A DNA stretch of 54,728 bases, the filler included, from Perkinsus olseni (lineage: Eukaryota), in assembly GCA_013115125.1 (NCBI GenBank). It is 3 parts of 3 records of this genome, joined end to end, with 100 filler letters (N's around TTAATTAATTAA, not from the genome) between each part and the next. Parts side by side here need not be neighbours in the genome. Positions count along the whole stretch, not along the records: positions 36,567 to 54,728 come from JABANN010000622.1; 2 more parts are not named here. One strand, given 5' to 3'. Shown piece by piece: positions 48,701 to 54,728 of the stretch (position 1 is the stretch's first letter; the number at the start of each line of letters is the position of its first letter). The notes under the pieces were generated by a model that saw only the letters and a list, made by a program, of their open reading frames with translations, ran no database searches and had not been told where the DNA came from. The position numbers and the translations under genes were made by a program.

Positions 48701-51700
48701 ATCCGCCGCGGCGCTGGATACTCTCCCATTTCGTCCGAGGTGAGTGAACACGAGAAGGTTCGCCCGGCTACGCGTCGGATGCTCGGCGAACTTCACACTA
48801 ATTGCGCCAAAGAAGCATCCAATACCTGAAAATTTCCCGACTCCCTTCTCGGTGAGCTTCGCCATCCAGTTTTCTGTCGGTCAGCGTGCTCCATCGAAGG
48901 CCGATACGGCCTGGGCTCTCCGAGGTACCGATGGTCGATCTCTTAATATCGATCATATCGATATTGGAGCAACTGGAGAACGCCGTAGGAGCTCGGAGCG
49001 GTAAGACGCATGGGTTGCTTCCTTCGATCACGCTCCCGTCGCTACAAGATGGTTGCCCTTCCGTACCTGAGTGATCGCACTGGAGTCGTCCTACACGCTC
49101 GACTTCCCTGCCTTTCAGGCCAGCCTGGAAGGCGCATTGTTCACAGCGCGTTAGACCCCAGGGCAGTGTTCTTGCGGGGTGGGCGGCTCGACGATATTGT
49201 GTTGATACGATGGAGGGACGCGCGATGGAGCACAGAAGATGTTAGTACCGCCATAGATCAGCCGAACCTGAAGCAACGAAACCCTTGGCGCGTCTGAGAT
49301 TCGGGCGGGGGACGATCTCAGTTCCCGTTCTCGCCGTTATCGCATCCGGCGGACGGTGAGCATCCATTCGCTAGGCGTGTTGCTACTATAGGTGTTGGGG
49401 AAACGGTGTGAAGTCCTGGAGGGTCTGCCCAATAGACCATCAATCGGACTGCAGAGAGCTAGAGCAGCCGGAGTAGAGAACGCCGGTATCATGCATCTCA
49501 CCAGAGATGTGAGACACCAAGTTCCATCGATTCGCCCTTGATTGTTAGCAGCTCGATCGAGGCACCCAGTGATTGGCAGTAGATAGGCGCGACTTGTGTC
49601 AGGCGAGGTACGCGCACCCAGATATATCGCGTGCGGAGACTATCGGAGTTGCAGAGAACGAAGCTACTCGGAATTGGGACCTGTATAGCCTGGGCTGCAT
49701 CGCGTGAGTTCGTCACGAAAGTGGACTTGACTTGCTCAGCAAGGGGACGAGCGCAGAAAATTTAACGCGGAAGCCTATTTGCTTCATTCATGTGACTGAA
49801 GTGGAAGGAATAAGTTTGCGACTCCATAACGCCTGGAGTGCCCCGAGTGCACAAGTATACGGGTGGTGGCATCAGGTTCGAGTGCGTGTGCTTGCTCCCA
49901 CCGTTCGTCGAGACAAACCTGAATGAGCTGTCCCCGAGCGAGCCCCTGCCTGAGTGCGAAGGGGCTTCTGCCGGAGATGATGATGAAGAGAATCCACCGC
50001 TTGAGCTGAAAAGTCGGGCACCGTATCCGTGGGACCATGAGGAATACAATCCACAAGAGATAAGGGAGCGGTTTGATGAGACTGCCGAGTAAGCACTCCC
50101 ATCAGTCGTGGCGTCCGACTGCTCTGCGAAGCTCCCAGTAAAGGGGTTCTACACACCGCCAGGAGCTGCTCCTGATGTTCAGGTTGCAAGGTCTGTCGGA
50201 GGCGTATAGAGAGCGAATCGTCGCCCAACAGAGTCGATGCAGACCCGCCGATCTGCGCCCTGTTTCTGCGGTTTCGGATGAGCTGATCGATATCATCGAG
50301 ATGATGCTCTTGAAGCCAGTTGCAACTCGCAGGTGATGATGTTCCAACTACCCTCCTTGGTGGACATGAGGAGACTTCTCCTCCTCCAAATTAATCCGGG
50401 ATCGCTAGAGACGAGTCGCTCCGCCCTAATGACTGTCGCCTCAGTGTGGATGGTCCCCGTTTTGATCATCTCAACGAAGAACCAATGGATGGAGAGCACA
50501 ACAGTGGGCCTTTTGGACGAGATCGAGTGGTTTCCGAATCCCCGCCATCAGGCGAGCACACATATGCGGATGTGATCGCGCGACTACGGCTGCTCAAGGA
50601 GCATCTTGAGCAGCTGCCGAGTGCCTTGAGAGACGCACTTTCAACCTGGACAGCTGTACGTCGTTCTCCCACGCCGTTTGACTATTGATCAATGATCGAT
50701 AGGCCGTCGGCGAAGGAGTAATGGTAGATCCGGCCACTAGCTTGGACCTCAGAGATGTACCAATGTCGCCGTTCAGCAGCCGGTGAGCTGCCATTACCAC
50801 AATTCACTGGGACTCTGGGTTTTGGACTCTCAGGTACCTCCTTAAGTTTGCCACCCTCCTCGAAAATAGTACGATCCGGATCAGTGGTGGCGAGTTCCCT
50901 CTTCATACACTCCTACAAGGAATGACCACTTTCGACCTTAACAGTAAACAGCTTTGCAGCCCTGATGTAGTCTCCCCCCGGAAGGGTCGGGAGGACGGGG
51001 TGGTTCGCCGTTGCACAGATACTCGTCCTTGCCAGATGTCTGAGCGCATGTCCGAAGTCTGCAGTGGAGAACATAGACTTGTCGGACAATCTGGTCGCTT
51101 TTGCGTCGCCCAGCTCTCCTGTGGCTAGGGGCCGTACATACGACCTCGCAGGCCTCAGGAGCTTCGTGAAAGTGAGATACCTTCAACACGACTTTAATTC
51201 AATGACACAGAAGTATCGTGCCAATCCTTCTGCAAGTGGCTGCTCGCTACGGAGATCGCACTTGCGGAACCCTGCAGCCAGAGTCGTGCTGCGATATGAG
51301 TAGCCTACTCAGAGTAGGGAGAATTGATCGCGCTGTGACAGAGTTGGGAGATGTCTGCTACGGATCTTATCATGACTTTGGTCTCTGTATCAGCCGCTGA
51401 GAGCAATGCAGCTCCTGTCGTTCGATCTGTCTGGAAATTCGATCGGCCCCGAAGGAGGAGAGTTGCTCTGCGATGCGCTAGCTCACTGCGCCGGTCTGAG
51501 AACTCTGAGGTGAGGCGGGCAGCTGCAAGGGAGCCTCCTAAAAGTTGCAGACTTGAAAGCCGCTAGTAGCTCTCTCGGGGTTACTTCTTGCTCGAGCGCC
51601 ATAGTCCACCATCGCATTTCAGGCTTTCGAGATGTGAAATTCTGCCGAGAGGAGGTAGGGCGTTGGCCAAGGCTCTGCACAACTTTTTACATCTCAAGAC

Positions 51701-52860
51701 CCTGGATATACCATACAACTATATTGGTAATATCCTCGGTAGGCCTAAGATTTTGTTGATTCGATCGGGCTGATATACCTTCAGCTCTCCTGGTCTGATT
51801 TCGTCGAATCTGCAGTTGATGGATCAGGAGATGAAGGCGCCGAAGCCATCGCGCGAAGCTTGGCGAAGGCTGAGCCTGGGAAACCATGCGGCTCTCTGGT
51901 CGAACTTGTGCTCTTCTCGAACTCCATTGGCATGATTGGAGGGTGGGCATGTACTAGCGTTCATCGATAAAATTTCCTTCTTAGTCGGTCCCTTGTCGCA
52001 GCTTGCGAGACCAACTTCACTCTCTTGAGTTTGGCTATTGACCAGAACCCTATCCCCGATGTGAGTGGCGTGGTGCATCAGCTGCTTTTGCTAATGAATA
52101 GCATTGTTATTCTGTGGCAGTGTACGTGTAATCTTCTGTCATGGCACTTGCCGGCCTTATCATCGATCTCGGTCAATATAATCACGTTCATGAAATAAAC
52201 CCCGCCGATCAGGACCAACTAGTAGCTCTACGAAGTGCAGTAAGCTTCAACAACCAGTTTGAGAAGCTGATAGCCAGCAGCGCTCGGTTTGAAGACTTCG
52301 GCCATACTCTCATGGCGGAGACATTGCAGAAATGGGCAGCACGAGGTGCTCAAGTGTCAGCGGTGAGGCGAACTTTGCTCATGCGTGCCCCTGTTAGCCG
52401 GGCTTGGCGCAGTCCCGTGTTAAGACTGAGATAACCTTATTTGAATGACTCAAATTGAGTCCTGAGCTCCGCAACTCCAAGCAGCTCCACTGAACTAAGA
52501 TATCATATCTTAGATATGTGCAGTTTGGCGAATTCTTCGAGAAATCTAGGTTCAAATTGCAACTGCTTTACGTTCGAGCCTGTCACCTGATGTCAGAGAC
52601 TAGGGCTGCGTCTTGCCAAGCCACGAAGCCTGCTTGAGAAGGAGGTGGCAGCGATAGTCCTAGGGCATGCAGCCCCCCGGGGGGTAAGAAATTAGAGCAG
52701 TTTGATTGGCGCCTCCGCGATGGTGGCCAATGCCCTTTTTGCCAGACTGGTCCCACTTCTACTTCGTCGGAGTGACGGCTCGCGAGTCGAGGCTACGGAG
52801 TGGAGGCTCGGCAGTGATGCCACTGATTACAAAAGATCGTCCTTAAGCGGAGTTTGACTA
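45779..52860 (+). CDS. Large multi-exon protein: pseudokinase domain followed by RNI-type leucine-rich repeats (boundaries approximate)
   Basis: Kinase-like exons FAGRYRIRQAL, AFRREAILLRE, VRDLIDGLTLADYL, IVHSALDPRAVFL and LIDIIEMML. LRRs VENIDLSDN, FDLSGNSIGPEGGELLCDAL, LKTLDIPYNYIG and LVELVLFSNSIG. Confidence 0.6.
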
Positions 52861-53379
52861 AGCTGCCGAGTCTTGGCGAATTTGAGTGTTCGGGTTAAAC
52901 GTCAACTTGATTAAATTGAGTTAATCCAGTCGAGTTCAAGGCTCCAACTTGAAGCGACCCAGTGACTGGGTTCCATTCCCTAGGCTGCGGGCTCTGGGAC
53001 GGCAAGGTCTAGCCGCGAGACTCTCGCGCGTCTCCACGCAGGCGGGTGATATCGGGTTCGAGAGGCTGAGACGGGCTCGGAAGTTCCGAGCCCGGTTGAG
53101 AGAGCTCGGACCGAGTCGGAATCTGCACCACTCGCGTCAGCGAGTCTGGTAAATGATAAAAACCTTCACTCTTCTTTTCCTGAGTGTACGGTGACTGCTC
53201 GAGATTGGTGAGATGTCGAAAGACGGCAACCCGGACTTGCCGTACGCCCATTGGGCGTCACCCAATGATTAGGCCCTAATCTTGCCACAGACCATGCCGG
53301 CTCTGTCGAATGCCTTCAGGTCAACCTCGTTGTTAGACCAGTGATACTATCACTGGTCTATTAGGTGACCTCGCCGTTC

Positions 53380-54590
53380 GCATCTATTAGATGCGGAAGC
53401 CGTCCAATATAATTTATGAGCAACATCACTAATGATTCATCACCCATTACAAGTGGTTGACAACCAGTGGTTGTGAAAGTTGACCAGGATCAAGATTCTT
53501 GACGAAAAAAGGAAATAGGGCGAGGAGGGTTAATGAGGTTTTGCAAGGGGTCCATTAAAATTGATGACATGCAATTTTTGCAAGCGATCCTGATATCAGT
53601 ATCAAGAAATCTTACTCAGCTGATGCAAGACTCTGGTCTCATTGGGCGATTTGCCTTCGATGAAGTCCGCCTATGGCATAGGCCCTATGCATTGCTATAC
53701 AGTAGACTGCACCTTGTAGCTCAAGAGTCTCGAGTCAAGACCTTCAGCCATGGATCGTATACCGAGTACTTGCCAAGTACTACTTGGGAATCTTGTCAGT
53801 GGCAGACGCAATATCAGCATAAGTCAAGGCGCCGTTGACCAGTGGGCAGGATAGATGCTTCTTGCACTCGCTTCTCTATCCCGTCCATTACTTAACGTAA
53901 GATATCTTTGACGAGACTTATTGACGATAGTGACACTTGGAATATCTTCTCGTGGTAGATCATCAACTGCTGATGCTTATTGATGATCAATAACCTTCTT
54001 CTTTTGAGGCACCACTCTTTTAAGGAATATGATGGCGGGAGGTTGGTCACGTAGTCGAGGTCGTCACTCATCGTCTAGTGGACGACGTCCACATACCAGC
54101 AATAAGGATATCATCTATATAATTCTTCACCACACGAGTATTAAGGTCACCGGGGGCTTGAGAGGGGTGTGTTAGGAGGCTTGCTAGTTGCGGCTTGTGG
54201 ATGTATAGGCTTAACCAAATGTGGTCGTCTGAGAGGGACAAACATGGTCATGGAATGAGCTCAAAAATCGATAGGTCTTGAAGTTCAACTTCAAGACCTA
54301 TCGATTTTTGACTTGAAGTTATTGCTGACAATAACTTCAGAAGTTATTGCTTTCGCACGAAGCTCTCGTATCAGTCAACTCCGAGAATTTATTTCCTAGA
54401 CGGATACAAGTGAATGCATCACTAATGTCTATCACTCTTAAGGCAGTTATATGGTCGCATCTCCAAAAGTATATCAGGGATCTGATTTTGTCGCAGAGGA
54501 TGTTGCTCAGAAAGCTTCTTGGTCATTTTTTTCTTGACGTAGATATATGTGAGTACCACCCTGGGTCTTTTCCCATGTACAACATACTGT
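53380..54590 (-). mobile_element. Decayed LTR-retrotransposon pol fragment (possibly BEL/Pao-like)
   Basis: Frameshifted minus-strand peptides in the expected order: RPRVVL, IDISDAFTCIRL, WYVDV (degenerate YVDD), QVLGI, MSSILMDPL. Confidence 0.5.
54261..54311. repeat. Perfect palindrome with 25-bp arms and a 1-nt centre
   Basis: TCAAAAATCGATAGGTCTTGAAGTT-C-AACTTCAAGACCTATCGATTTTTGA. Confidence 0.97.
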
Positions 54591-54728
54591 AGTAGTTTTG
54601 CAGTGCAAAATTTGCACCGAGTTACTCGGTCCGGGTAGGCTGGGGCTCCTCCAAGCAGGGTTTCACCCAGCCGAAATCCGGGACGCGCCTCTGGATCGAG
54701 CCGATTCCGGTGGCGCGCCTCGGTGTGA

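Overview
This is eukaryotic, intron-rich DNA. The short GT-AG introns, alveolate-type QCR9 and intronless secreted-protein genes suggest Perkinsus, but that assignment is inference. The window is three contigs joined by artificial N-TTAATTAATTAA-N linkers (18192-18291, 36467-36566), so most of the supplied ORF track is exon fragments or noise. Manual splicing recovers an SLC25A39/40-like mitochondrial carrier, QCR9, a MARCH6/Doa10 E3 ligase, MORN5, an Lsm11-like Sm protein, a C2-like protein, a DUF1765-like protein, TCF25/Rqc1 (cut by a gap), a SAM-like protein and a pseudokinase-LRR protein. There are also several secreted proteins (one a pepsin-fold protein lacking both catalytic Asp) and transposon relics. 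The most striking signals are non-coding. (1) A 39-bp element of fixed geometry, GTATC-N18-GATAC-N5-AGGTYR, has about 13 full copies in both orientations, mostly filling short introns and often touching splice sites. (2) More than a dozen dispersed tRNA-like relics keep the B-box/T-arm, and several keep tRNA 3' geometry. (3) An exact 12-mer, TTTCGTGGCGCG, occurs seven times in the middle contig. All gene models and counts were made by eye.
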